Below are positions 30,568 to 41,086 of a stretch of DNA of 64,000 nucleotides, piece after piece. Source of the stretch: Candidatus Aminicenantes bacterium (lineage in GTDB: Bacteria; Acidobacteriota; Aminicenantia; Aminicenantales; Aminicenantaceae); assembly GCA_030603565.1 (NCBI GenBank), contig JAUVXM010000003.1, positions 1,359 to 65,358 of the forward strand. Direction: 5' to 3'. The notes beneath the pieces are model-generated. The model saw only the letters and a program-made list of their open reading frames with translations, did no database searches and was not told the DNA's origin. Made by a program: the position numbers and the translations under genes. The first letter of the stretch is position 1; every line of letters starts with the position of its first letter.

Positions 30568-30582
30568 CCTGAATAATTCACG
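30568..30582. repeat. Solo TIR-end motif of the MITE family
   Basis: cctgaataattcacg. Confidence 0.35.
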
Positions 30583-30706
30583 CAGCAGGAGTGTGCCCTG
30601 CAGAAGTAACTTTTTGTGCACCTAAGCAATACCACAATATATTTAGTGGATAAGTTTATGTATTTGACAATCAATCATGGCAGTGTTAAGGTTTTTTTCA
30701 CAGATC

Positions 30707-32122
30707 ATGGAAACATACGGCTGGCTTTCGATCCTAACTCCGGTCCTAGCGATTTTTATGGCTATCAGGACCAAACAGGTCTATATATCTTTAACCCTGG
30801 GGATTTGGCTGGGCTGGACCATTATCCACGGCGGCAATCCTCTAACCGGGTTTATCCAGACCGTCAATGTTCTGGTCGCTGTATTCGAGGATGCTGACAA
30901 TACCCGGGTAATTCTGTTCAGTGCTATGATCGGCGCCATTATAACTCTCACCCAATACTCCGGCGGGATGCAGGGTTTTGTCGACTGGATCACCGGTAAA
31001 GGGCTGGTCAAAACCCGCAAGTCAGCCGGGCTGCTGGCCTGGTTCCTGGGCGTCATAATATTTATTGAATCCAGTATCTGTGTCCTGGTGGCCGGTGCTG
31101 TTTCCCGGCCTATATTTGATAAACTGAAGATCTCACGCGAGAAGCTCAGCTATATCCTGGATTCGACCTCGGCCCCAAAATGCATCATCATTCCCCTTAA
31201 TGCATGGGGAGCCTTTATCCTGAGCCTCCTGGCATCCCAGGGGATAGATAATCCCATCCGGGTTTTTGTCGCCTCCATTCCATTTAACTTTTACGCCTTC
31301 CTGGCTCTGGGCCTGGTGCTTTTCGTCGTATTGACAGGGAAAGATTTCGGTCCCATGAAAAAAGCGGAAAAGCGGGTTTGGGAAGAAGGAAAGCTGCTGC
31401 GCGACGGAGCCGAACCATTGGTCGCGGATGAAGTTGTCAAAGTCAAAGCAAAAGCTGGAATACCGCACCGGGCGATCAACATGATCCTGCCGGTGGGCAT
31501 CATGGTTGTAACGATGCCGGTTGTGCTGATGATTACCGGCCGGGGGAATCTGATGAAAGGCTCAGGCTCAATTTCCGTACTCTGGGCTGTGATCTGCGGA
31601 GTGGGTGTCGCAGCCGTTGCTTACCGTCTGCAGGGCATAATGAAAACCAAAGAGATCATGGATTACTTTATGAAAGGGGTAGGCGGTCTGGTTCCGCTGG
31701 CTAGTTTAATGATCCTGGCATTTGCCATCGGAGACACCTGTGAAGCGCTCGGGACCGGTCCCTTTGTTGCCCAGGCGGCTAAATCCACTCTCCCGTCCGG
31801 AATTATTCCTGCTGTCCTGTTTCTTATCTCCAGCTTCATCGCCTTTTCGACCGGTACCTCCTGGGGCACATTTGCCATTATGATCCCCATAGCCGTTCCA
31901 ATGATCAATGTTATTGGACTACATCCTGGCTTGATGATCGCGTCCGTATTGGGGGGAGGCGTATTTGGAGATCACTGCTCACCTATATCAGACACCACTA
32001 TCATTTCATCAATGGCCTCTGCTACCGATCACATCGATCATGTACGCACCCAGCTCCCGTATGCCCTTGCAGCCGGGGTAGCAGCTTTACTATTATTTCT
32101 TATTTTTGGATTTATACTCTGA
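30707..32122 (+). CDS. NhaC-family Na+/H+ antiporter
   Basis: Multi-pass membrane protein, about 470 aa, with NhaC-like hydrophobic blocks; likely start METYGW at 30707 (ORF-track start 30677). Confidence 0.75.
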   Translation: METYGWLSILTPVLAIFMAIRTKQVYISLTLGIWLGWTIIHGGNPLTGFIQTVNVLVAVFEDADNTRVILFSAMIGAIITLTQYSGGMQGFVDWITGKGLVKTRKSAGLLAWFLGVIIFIESSICVLVAGAVSRPIFDKLKISREKLSYILDSTSAPKCIIIPLNAWGAFILSLLASQGIDNPIRVFVASIPFNFYAFLALGLVLFVVLTGKDFGPMKKAEKRVWEEGKLLRDGAEPLVADEVVKVKAKAGIPHRAINMILPVGIMVVTMPVVLMITGRGNLMKGSGSISVLWAVICGVGVAAVAYRLQGIMKTKEIMDYFMKGVGGLVPLASLMILAFAIGDTCEALGTGPFVAQAAKSTLPSGIIPAVLFLISSFIAFSTGTSWGTFAIMIPIAVPMINVIGLHPGLMIASVLGGGVFGDHCSPISDTTIISSMASATDHIDHVRTQLPYALAAGVAALLLFLIFGFIL

Positions 32123-32142
32123 ATATAAAACATAAAAAGGCC

Positions 32143-32206
32143 GGGTATGTCCGGATTGGGAAAAAACGCCTTACTCTATATATATCCTTTTGAATCCCAT
32201 AAGCAC
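32143..32206. repeat. About 62-bp relic duplicating the 3' end of the S9 peptidase gene (17884..17945)
   Basis: ccggattgggaaaaaacgccttactctatatatatccttttgaatcccataagcaccgctgt versus ccggattgggaaaaaacgccgtactctacatatatccttttgaatcccatggcccccgctgt. Confidence 0.55.
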
Positions 32207-32498
32207 CGCTGTTTGTAATTATTAACCGGGCCAAGGAAGGGAGTCCAAAGGGGAAGAAGAAAATCCATAATTTTGGATTTTTTCATAATAATTAAATATT
32301 GTCAGCTCTCTATATTATTGAGTCTACTGCGGTTATATAAAAGCTTGACATTGGCACATTTTTTGCGGTATCTTTAAAATAAGATTCAAGAAAAGAGCAT
32401 AAAAAAACACTTATGGAATTAAAAAACAGGGGGTGATGCACCCGAGTAATTATCAAGGGAAACTTAATACCACAAAAAATTAAAACTAAGGAGGGAAG

Positions 32499-35400
32499 AT
32501 GAAGATTAAAATTTTCAAAGTTTTTTTGATCCTGTTTCTGGCTTTCGGGCTAACATCAGTCAGCTTAGCCCAGGGAAGACAGACAGGATTAATAAGCGGA
32601 ACAATCCTTGACTCTGAAGGAAACGGTCTCCCCGGAGCAACCATAACTCTCACAGGGACCAAATTACTAGGACACAGGTCTTATATGACCACAGACTCAG
32701 GAAAATTCCGTTTTCCGGCTCTTTCTCCCGGTTCCGGTTATGAACTTAGGGTAGAAATGCCGGGATTTAATACTCACGTGAGAAAAGGCCTTATAGTAAG
32801 TATCGGGAGCACTACTGAAGTCAATATTGAAATGGAAATGTCTGCGGTCGAAGAAGAGATCACGGTTACGGCCGAATCACCTGTTGTGGATGTAAAAACT
32901 TCTAAATCCAGTATCAATTACACCTCGGATTTTATTGCAAGTATCCCCATGAACCGCGACCTCTACGACATCCAGAACTCTATCCCCGGCGCTATTTCTG
33001 AAGGCAGGGCTTACCGGCGGACCTCATCCATCCTGGGGGGAACTGTAAGAAGTACTCTCTATGCCCTGGACGGAGTTCCTATGAACGACCCAGCCACTTT
33101 TTACTCCATGGCAAACATCAATGTCGATGTTTATGAAGAGATCGAGTTCGGAGTGGGTGCTTTACCAGCCGAAGTCGGCCAAACCGACTCTGTATATGTA
33201 AACATCGTTACCAAAAGCGGCGGAAATAAATTTTCCGGCGGAGTCACTACCTATTACACAGGCTCCAGCTTTGCTGAAAATCTTTTCACCGATGAAGAGA
33301 TCGAAGCCCTGGATGTTGACGACCCGCAGAGTTTCAGTGATTACAAAGATCTATCCTTAAACTTCGGCGGCCCGCTCATCAAAGACCGTCTCTGGTTTTT
33401 CCTGAACGCCCGGCGCCTGATCTGGGAAAAAGTAAACCAGTATACCCCGGAAAAACGGATGGAAGAGCTGGGCATCAGCAGCCCTCACTATGACCTGGAG
33501 CACGAGGAATGGCTGGGCTTCGGCAAACTGACATTCCAGTTCACAGACAAGATCCGCTATATGGGCATGCTGCATTACAACCACCTCTATGAGCCCATCT
33601 ATACCAATCGGGTAGGCTCCAGTTATTCATGGGATTACACCGGTGTCTGGAACCATGAGAACACCTACACCACCACTCACCAGCTCAACTGGGTCTTTGA
33701 CCAGAACACTTTCCTGGATATCCGCGGCACCTATATCAACCGTTATTTCCCCATCAATGTCCAGCCAGGGCTTGAGGGGAATTACACCTATTATGACAGG
33801 GCTGAGAGGGTCTACTGGGGACGCACCTCTTATGATGACGAATATGTGCGTAAAAAAATGCTGGGCTCAGCCTCAATGACCCACTTCAAAGACGATTTTT
33901 TAGGTGCAAGCCATGAATTCAAAGCAGGAGTGGAGGTCGAACAGACCGAATACCACAGAGACTGGTTCCGCGAAAACCCATATTATTCCTACTGGCGTGA
34001 TTGGGCAGGAGGAAATCCCTATTACTATTCCACCTCAGGAAAAAGGGGACGTTTAAGAATCCGCTACTGTCCGCCTGAAAAAGGGATGTGGGATGTGGTC
34101 GACAATACCCGCCGCTACTCCGCCTTTGCCCAGGACAGCCTTTCAACCGGCAAGCTGGCTGTTAATGTCGGCCTTCGCTTAGACCACTCCTTCCAATTCG
34201 AACCGGAACAGACCCGCCCCCAGCTTCGTTATGATCACTCACCGGAGCTTCAAAATCCAGCCTTAGCGACTAATGAGCTTTTAGAAGCACTGATTGACCA
34301 GTACCATAATGAGATTGGGCCGATCTCTCCCTTTGACGCTTTGACCACCCCTTACAAAAAAATCGTTACATTTACTACTCTTTCTCCCCGTATCGGCTTT
34401 GTGTACGACCTTTTCGGCAACGGCAAAACCGCCCTGAAACTCCACTTTTCCCGCTATTACGAACCGGTCTGGTCAGCTAAATACAATGGAGCACAGATCT
34501 TTGGGGCTGGCTCTGTCAGCTATTACTGGTACGATTACAATGGCAACAAATTAATGGACCTTCCCCCAGATGATGGGTACACTCTCCCCAGCACACCCGA
34601 ACAGGATCCCAACTACGAGTATTATAAGAGTGACCTTAAACCTCCCTATATGCACGAATATATGGCGGGGATCGAACATGAACTAGTAAAAAACTTCAGG
34701 GTAGGACTGCAATTTGTCGTAAAGCAGAATAAAAATATCGTTGAAGATATTGATGTTAATAACGGCTACGACGCCACAGCCACAGATGAAAACGGCCTCA
34801 TCTGGCTTCCATATGACGTTATCGATCCCGGCTGGGACGGTGAATTCGGCACCTCTGACGATGAACCCCTTACTATTTACGGACTTAGGGAAGACCGGCC
34901 CGTAAAGACCTGGATGGGAACAAATCCCCCGGAAGCAGAGCGAAAATACTGGGCAGCTATCCTTACTTTTGATAAGCGGATGTCAAACAGTAAATGGACA
35001 CTTAAAGGGTCAATCCTCTACAGCTCGTTTAAAGGAAACGCCTCCGCTCAATACGGTGCTACCGAAGGCGAATCCTCCATGTTCGACAATCCCAATACTC
35101 TGATAAACTCCTACGGTCCGCTTTACTTTGACCGCCCGTTGCAGATCAAGATCATGGGTTCTGTTATCCTACCCTACGATTTCATACTCAGCGGTTATTT
35201 CCAACACCGTTCCGGAAGTGCCTGGAACAGAACTCTTGAGCGGGTCTATTTCCCCTCTAGCATGGATGTGTATGAAAGTTATGTCAGTGTAAATGCCGAA
35301 CCGCTTGGTTCCCGCAGAAATCACCCCTATACAAATATTGACCTTAGAGTCGAAAAAAGCATTCTTTTCGGTGGTATCGGTAAACTTAACCTCTATGTCG

Positions 35401-35564
35401 ATATATTCAACCTTGCAGGTCGCAGCGGAGTAAACCTCTATGAGAATCCCAATGGCAGGCTCAAATATTACAATCTTGACTACACACTCTACAGCCTCTA
35501 CGGTACCGTATCCAGTATCTATGGAGTACGTTCCTTTAGAATCGGAGCCAGATTCAGCTTCTAA
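32499..35564 (+). CDS. Oar-like TonB-dependent receptor family outer-membrane protein (carboxypeptidase-regulatory-like N-domain plus beta-barrel)
   Basis: Signal peptide, GTILDSEGNGLPGATITLTG (CarboxypepD_reg-like), 1021 aa, C-terminal aromatic residue (..RFSF). Confidence 0.8.
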   Translation: MKIKIFKVFLILFLAFGLTSVSLAQGRQTGLISGTILDSEGNGLPGATITLTGTKLLGHRSYMTTDSGKFRFPALSPGSGYELRVEMPGFNTHVRKGLIVSIGSTTEVNIEMEMSAVEEEITVTAESPVVDVKTSKSSINYTSDFIASIPMNRDLYDIQNSIPGAISEGRAYRRTSSILGGTVRSTLYALDGVPMNDPATFYSMANINVDVYEEIEFGVGALPAEVGQTDSVYVNIVTKSGGNKFSGGVTTYYTGSSFAENLFTDEEIEALDVDDPQSFSDYKDLSLNFGGPLIKDRLWFFLNARRLIWEKVNQYTPEKRMEELGISSPHYDLEHEEWLGFGKLTFQFTDKIRYMGMLHYNHLYEPIYTNRVGSSYSWDYTGVWNHENTYTTTHQLNWVFDQNTFLDIRGTYINRYFPINVQPGLEGNYTYYDRAERVYWGRTSYDDEYVRKKMLGSASMTHFKDDFLGASHEFKAGVEVEQTEYHRDWFRENPYYSYWRDWAGGNPYYYSTSGKRGRLRIRYCPPEKGMWDVVDNTRRYSAFAQDSLSTGKLAVNVGLRLDHSFQFEPEQTRPQLRYDHSPELQNPALATNELLEALIDQYHNEIGPISPFDALTTPYKKIVTFTTLSPRIGFVYDLFGNGKTALKLHFSRYYEPVWSAKYNGAQIFGAGSVSYYWYDYNGNKLMDLPPDDGYTLPSTPEQDPNYEYYKSDLKPPYMHEYMAGIEHELVKNFRVGLQFVVKQNKNIVEDIDVNNGYDATATDENGLIWLPYDVIDPGWDGEFGTSDDEPLTIYGLREDRPVKTWMGTNPPEAERKYWAAILTFDKRMSNSKWTLKGSILYSSFKGNASAQYGATEGESSMFDNPNTLINSYGPLYFDRPLQIKIMGSVILPYDFILSGYFQHRSGSAWNRTLERVYFPSSMDVYESYVSVNAEPLGSRRNHPYTNIDLRVEKSILFGGIGKLNLYVDIFNLAGRSGVNLYENPNGRLKYYNLDYTLYSLYGTVSSIYGVRSFRIGARFSF

Positions 35565-35578
35565 CTATTAATCAGAAA

Positions 35579-35612
35579 AGAGGGGAGGCGAGAATGCCTC
35601 CCCTTTTTTTTT
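35579..35612 (+). terminator. Rho-independent terminator
   Basis: AGGGGAGGCgagaatGCCTCCCCTttttttttt. Confidence 0.6.
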
Positions 35613-35838
35613 AATTAAATTTTCAGGAGTTACCCCCCTATTAATAACTTATAATAAACCCAATTAGAAAACCATTTTCTCCGGATTAGCTATAAAAATA
35701 ATACTGTATCCGAGCGGATTATTGCTTATTGCACTTAAACTTAGAAAAAAAGGGGAACTTCAGATAATTAAATTAAATTACATATTATCAGGCAGTGCTA
35801 AAAATGTTATTATAGGCGGGATAGAAAAGGAGTTGAAA

Positions 35839-38800
35839 TTGCTAAAAGACCTAAAAAAAATACAAATCGTCACTATATTGATCTTTATTTCAACGGTTTT
35901 CCTCAATGCCCAGGTCAAATCGACCGGTTCCGTATCCGGAAAAGTCATTGATACAGAAGCCAAAGCTCTCGCCAATGTAAGTGTTACTATCAAAGGGCCT
36001 GCTCTGCAGGTGCAGTTATTCGTAGCCACTGAACAGGACGGCATCTTTAGGTTCCCCCAACTCCCGCCTGGAAAAGGATACACACTTCACATAGAACTTC
36101 CTGGATATAAGACGGATATCCGGAAAGGATTCGATATCGAAGCAGGAAAAAAAATATTTCAAACCATTACAATGGAAACCAGCTCTACAGGGGAAAAAGT
36201 TATATCACCCGCGCATAACCCTTCTCTAAATTTAAGGACATCAAAAACTTCTCTTAATTTTTCAAAAGATCTGATCCGCAATATCCCCATGTCACGTGAC
36301 CTGCATGAAATCATAAAGGCAATCCCTGGTTCAGTATCTGACGAAAAAAACCTTAACCGCACTTCCAGTATCTCTGGCGGCACCTTATCAGGCAATCAAT
36401 ACTATTTAGAGGGAATATCTTTCAACGACCCGATCACTATGTGTCCCATAACCAATATCAATATAGATGTTTACGAAGAAGTGTTGATGGGAATCGCAGG
36501 CCATCAAGCTGATACTGAAATAGCAGATGGGGGTTATATCAATATCATAGCCAAGTCCGGCGGAAACGACTTTCAAGGTAATACCTTATTTGAATATTTT
36601 AACCAGGACATGCAGAAAAGTCTTTTAAGTAAAGAGGAGCTGGAAGCAGTCGCTTTGGAAAAACCTGCCGGCATAAACTCACAAAAAGACCTGTCACTTT
36701 CCTTGGGAGGAGCATTTTGGAAAGGCTTGGCTTGGTATTTCCTAAATGCCCGCTATTTTAACTGGACCCGGGATTTTAACCACATTAACTGGGATCAAAC
36801 TCAGGCAACTGACGAAAAATACATGGAAATAGATGAAGCCCCCCATTCCGAGTACAATCTCTTTGGAAAATTGACAACTAACCCGATGCAGAAGCTCCGC
36901 ATTACTGCTACTTATAACCTGACTTCTATCTCTGAAAATTTTTATGCCGACCAAATAGAAAATTATCTTGACAGCTCCGCTGTTAGCAAACGGCGTAACG
37001 AAATGAGCCATTTAGTAATAGGAAATGTCTATTATGTTATGCAGAAAAATTTTTTCTTGGATGCTCGGGTTGGATACATCTACCGCATGTTACCTCTTCG
37101 TTACGGTGAGAATGCCTTAGCCGGAGAACCACGCTTATATGACAGATATTATGATGTTTACACAAATAACCCACCCTATCAAGATATCCGGACCCAGCAA
37201 AGAATCAACCCAGGTATGACCGGTTCCTTTTTTGCCGATAATATCCTAGGGAGCAGCCATGAATTGAGGTTCGGGGCCGAATATGAGTGGAATGAGAACA
37301 GGTCGAACTTTTGGAGAGAAAACCCCTTTTATATTCATTATTACCGAGGCAATATCTATGCCTACCCTGACTCAAAAACTTCCAATCGAACCCAGCTTTA
37401 TGCCTATACCTGCGGACCGGCAGAAGGAGCATCTATTCAGAAAACCGTAAAATCCCGTATCAGCATTTTTGCCCAGGATAACCTTACGATCGGCGGACGC
37501 CTGACTTTTAATCTGGGATTTCGAGCTAATTACAGCAGCGGAAATTTTCCTGGACAAATGCAATACGCATCCGCTGATACATATGGGATCTTCGACATCC
37601 TCCCCGGATTAGGCTTACAATATAAAGGTTTCTCTACCCAAGCGATCAATGCTTTAAACTGGATAAACATATCTCCCCGTATCGGGTTTGCTTTTGACAT
37701 TTTAAATGACGGCAAAACCCTTATCAAAGGCTCTTTCGCCCGCAACTTTGAATACCTTATGCCCAGTCATTTCAATCAAGTAAACTCAGTATCCCCCCGC
37801 TTGAGTTCCTGGTATTGGACGGATATAAATTACGACCAGATTCCGGACGTTAATGATTCCTATACAGCGCTTTACCTTGCTGATGACCCTGAAGCATATA
37901 GCCTGGCAGATAAACTGGATACCAAGGCCTCGGCTCCTTTTACTGACGAATACACCCTGGGTATTGAAAGAGAAATAGCGCGTGATATCAGGGCCGGGAT
38001 AACCTTCATCTATAAACACAAACAGAATATATTAGCAGGTGTCAATGATTATGGATATGGCGCAGACGAAGCCTGGAAAGGATACAGCCCTGACAGCCCC
38101 TTATGGGAAAAGTTTGAATTCATGGATCCGGGTGAAGACGGTCTTTTTGGTACTAATGACGACTATTCCGCTTTTTGCTATGCTGAATTAGCCGAATCAC
38201 CCGGCAGCCGGCACCTTTATTTTACTAACCTGGAAACAGGTTTCCGTAAATATACCGCCCTCCAGTTTGTACTCAATAAACGAATGTCCCATAACTGGCA
38301 GTTGCTGACTTCGATCATCTGGAGCAAGACCTGGGGTAATATTGGAAACACAATGACTTACAACACTCCTAATGACTTACTATATCCAGAAGGCCGGTTG
38401 GATTACGACCGACCGCTTAATATAAAAATCCAGAGTTCTGTTATCCTTCCTTATGACTTTGTCTTAAGCGCCTATTTTAATCACCGCTCCGGCTCACCTT
38501 GGAACAGGACAGTGACAGTCTATATCCCGGAAGACCCAAAATATTGGGACCCAGGAGCATGCTACACAATCCCAACTGAAGAAAAAGGCGCCAGGAGAAC
38601 TCCAGCGTTAACCTATTTAGACCTTAGAATCGAGAAAAGCTTCGCTCTGGGCAAAGCTACATCTATAAGTGGATATATCGACATATTGAATGCTTTGGGA
38701 AAAAACGGCTATCAGGTTGTCTCAAACTCAGGCGGCTTCCTTGACTACCGGGACCCCGATAATCCGACCTATGAAAGGTATGTGGATTGCAGCAATATTT

Positions 38801-38853
38801 ACGGCCCTTACACAAGCAGAATCATCAAGTTCGGCCTGAGCTTTAATTTTTAA
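35839..38853 (+). CDS. Oar-like TonB-dependent receptor family outer-membrane protein, second tandem paralogue
   Basis: Likely TTG start 35839 (AAGGAG 6 nt upstream) giving signal peptide MLKDLKKIQIVTILIFISTVFLNAQ (ORF-track start 35722). GSVSGKVIDTEAKALANVSVTIKG N-domain; ends ..LSFNF. Confidence 0.75.
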   Translation: MLKDLKKIQIVTILIFISTVFLNAQVKSTGSVSGKVIDTEAKALANVSVTIKGPALQVQLFVATEQDGIFRFPQLPPGKGYTLHIELPGYKTDIRKGFDIEAGKKIFQTITMETSSTGEKVISPAHNPSLNLRTSKTSLNFSKDLIRNIPMSRDLHEIIKAIPGSVSDEKNLNRTSSISGGTLSGNQYYLEGISFNDPITMCPITNINIDVYEEVLMGIAGHQADTEIADGGYINIIAKSGGNDFQGNTLFEYFNQDMQKSLLSKEELEAVALEKPAGINSQKDLSLSLGGAFWKGLAWYFLNARYFNWTRDFNHINWDQTQATDEKYMEIDEAPHSEYNLFGKLTTNPMQKLRITATYNLTSISENFYADQIENYLDSSAVSKRRNEMSHLVIGNVYYVMQKNFFLDARVGYIYRMLPLRYGENALAGEPRLYDRYYDVYTNNPPYQDIRTQQRINPGMTGSFFADNILGSSHELRFGAEYEWNENRSNFWRENPFYIHYYRGNIYAYPDSKTSNRTQLYAYTCGPAEGASIQKTVKSRISIFAQDNLTIGGRLTFNLGFRANYSSGNFPGQMQYASADTYGIFDILPGLGLQYKGFSTQAINALNWINISPRIGFAFDILNDGKTLIKGSFARNFEYLMPSHFNQVNSVSPRLSSWYWTDINYDQIPDVNDSYTALYLADDPEAYSLADKLDTKASAPFTDEYTLGIEREIARDIRAGITFIYKHKQNILAGVNDYGYGADEAWKGYSPDSPLWEKFEFMDPGEDGLFGTNDDYSAFCYAELAESPGSRHLYFTNLETGFRKYTALQFVLNKRMSHNWQLLTSIIWSKTWGNIGNTMTYNTPNDLLYPEGRLDYDRPLNIKIQSSVILPYDFVLSAYFNHRSGSPWNRTVTVYIPEDPKYWDPGACYTIPTEEKGARRTPALTYLDLRIEKSFALGKATSISGYIDILNALGKNGYQVVSNSGGFLDYRDPDNPTYERYVDCSNIYGPYTSRIIKFGLSFNF

Positions 38854-39029
38854 TTTATTTTAACCATGTCAAAAAAGATACTCTCAGATGAACTTTATAT
38901 CCACAGGGAATGGACTCTGGACCTTCCCCCCGGCAGTAAATATATCTATTTGAGTGTAACGGATAACAATAAAGGGAAAAGGCTGAGGAAACTTTTAGAA
39001 ATCAGGTAATCGGCTTGAGAGCTGAACTG

Positions 39030-40019
39030 CTATTTTATCATCTCTTCCAGCTTGGGAATCAGGTTGTTTATAGTCGGGGTCAGAGGATCATCCGGAGCAA
39101 GTTCAATAAATTTTTTAAAATTTTCAATCGCCATTTTATAATCGGCCTGATTTAAATACGCATATCCCATCTGCCTGTAAGGGGGAGCCCAGTCGCTTTT
39201 AATCTCTGTGGCTAGAGTGAAATATTCAATACCTTTAGCTGTCTCCCCTTGTTTAAAAAATATCTCACCGATGTTAAATGCTAATGTCTCATCTTTCGGG
39301 AATATGCTAATAGCCTTCTGTAGATATCCTGCCGCTTTTTCCAGCTCTCCTTGTTTAATATAGGTTTCGCCAATACCGGACAGAGCGCGAGCCGCTCCCT
39401 CATCTCCGGCCAGTTCGGGTTTCCCCTCCTTGATCTTATCCAGCATCATGTTGTAGGCAGTAATTGCCTTTTCATATTCGCCAATTTCTTTATAGCAGTT
39501 GCCGATATTAATGTTTACCTGATAGATCTCTGGATTTTTTTCTAAGAACTCTTCAAATTTTAATACAGCCTTAGAATATTCTTTCGCTTCAAAAAGCTTG
39601 TTTCCTTCTTCAAAGAGAGCAATTGCCTCTTCATTTCTAATGTCGGGGACGCCAAAATCCTGGACACTGACATTCTGGAGCGTAAAATCGACTGGTGGAT
39701 TTTTTTTTGAAAACTGACTGACTTTCATCTCATGAAAAACCGTTCCATATCCTTCAAATTCCGCTGAAATACGAAAATAGCCTGTTCCTAAACCGGCAAT
39801 AGCCCAGATGCCTTTCTTGTTTGATTTTGATTCAAACTTGGTTCCATATTCAATATGTTCGGCAATTATCTTCACATCCTTCAAAGGATTTCCGGCAGTG
39901 TCTTTAACCGTACCATAGATCCGGCCCCTTCCCCGTCCCTGTTGGGAAAAAGTCCATGAAGTCATACAGATAATCAATAAAAGCAAAAGACCTGATAATA
40001 GGACATTTTTACTCCTCAC
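39030..40019 (-). CDS. Secreted TPR-repeat protein with N-terminal carboxypeptidase-regulatory-like domain
   Basis: Likely GTG start 40019 with GGAGG RBS; signal peptide; IYGTVKDTAGNPLKDVKI; multiple TPR-like repeats. Confidence 0.65.
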   Translation of the reverse strand: MRSKNVLLSGLLLLLIICMTSWTFSQQGRGRGRIYGTVKDTAGNPLKDVKIIAEHIEYGTKFESKSNKKGIWAIAGLGTGYFRISAEFEGYGTVFHEMKVSQFSKKNPPVDFTLQNVSVQDFGVPDIRNEEAIALFEEGNKLFEAKEYSKAVLKFEEFLEKNPEIYQVNINIGNCYKEIGEYEKAITAYNMMLDKIKEGKPELAGDEGAARALSGIGETYIKQGELEKAAGYLQKAISIFPKDETLAFNIGEIFFKQGETAKGIEYFTLATEIKSDWAPPYRQMGYAYLNQADYKMAIENFKKFIELAPDDPLTPTINNLIPKLEEMIK

Positions 40020-40090
40020 AAAAACCTCCAATAATTGTAGTGCTATGTAATATTTTAATTAATACTCGTTTTCTATTCAAGCTTGAGAGC

Positions 40091-41086
40091 CTATTTAAAC
40101 TCAAATCCCAGAACTTTCCGTACAGTTTTATTTCCAGTCGTGTTTTTTAGGGTGGCAAATATTTTATTCCGCCCCTTGCAGAGGAGTTCAACATTTTTTT
40201 CAATAACAAACGGGAGCTCGATCTTGTATTTTATCCCTTTACTTTCCTGCAGCTCCTCCTCTGTAGTTTTCACTTCATACGATTCTTCGTACTCCCAGAT
40301 CTTCTTCTTATCTGTATCCCTTACTTCAAGATAGAGCTCAAGCACTGTTGCCATCTCTCCGTCTTTTTCCTTAAGCCACAGGTGGGAAAAAGGCACTTCT
40401 ATAAATATAATACCCTCCACTCTTTCCCCCCCTACCAGACCGGCTTTGACCTTCCAGTTAAAATTGAAAAATCCTTCCTGGCCTTGAATGGTCTGTTGGG
40501 CCTGACTTTGGGCCTTGCTTAATTGGTGCATATACATAAGATTCGTAGTACGAAGCTGAGTCAGGTTATAGGTCACCAGTCTATAATGTCCGGAACAAGA
40601 GGAATCAACAAATACAACAGGAAAGTTTCCATAATACCAGGTCTCACTGCAATTATAACTTGGATTATTTGTTATCCGGTCCATAGGAGGCCCAAACAGA
40701 ACGTAGATGCGCCCCCGATCAGTAAGCCAACCCGGCCTTCCTTCGCCTATGAAGAGTTCATTCGCCCTTTCAATCCGGTTGTAATATTCCATTTTAAACT
40801 CATTTTCTTCTGTCTGAGGATCCGGGTCGCGCCGGGCCCAGAATTCCTGTTTAAACTCTTCTTTTTCAGCAGCCGGAAGTTCAAGAAACATCTTCCGTTC
40901 TTTAGAGGTAATAATATACCTGACCTTGTCTAACCATTCCGAATTTTCAGGATCCAGCTTTTGCTCCAGGCTGTAATAATGGCAGGAAATCGATAAGATC
41001 AGAAGGAGGCAAAATAGCATCATCAGTCCCGGGATAACCAGCCCCCTTTCCCGAATATATCTATTTGAAAGCAAAAGATGCATCAT
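40091..41086 (-). CDS. GWxTD-domain protein
   Basis: RPGWLTDRGRIYVLFGPP motif; membrane anchor; 4-nt overlap with the upstream gene. Confidence 0.7.
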   Translation of the reverse strand: MMHLLLSNRYIRERGLVIPGLMMLFCLLLILSISCHYYSLEQKLDPENSEWLDKVRYIITSKERKMFLELPAAEKEEFKQEFWARRDPDPQTEENEFKMEYYNRIERANELFIGEGRPGWLTDRGRIYVLFGPPMDRITNNPSYNCSETWYYGNFPVVFVDSSCSGHYRLVTYNLTQLRTTNLMYMHQLSKAQSQAQQTIQGQEGFFNFNWKVKAGLVGGERVEGIIFIEVPFSHLWLKEKDGEMATVLELYLEVRDTDKKKIWEYEESYEVKTTEEELQESKGIKYKIELPFVIEKNVELLCKGRNKIFATLKNTTGNKTVRKVLGFEFK

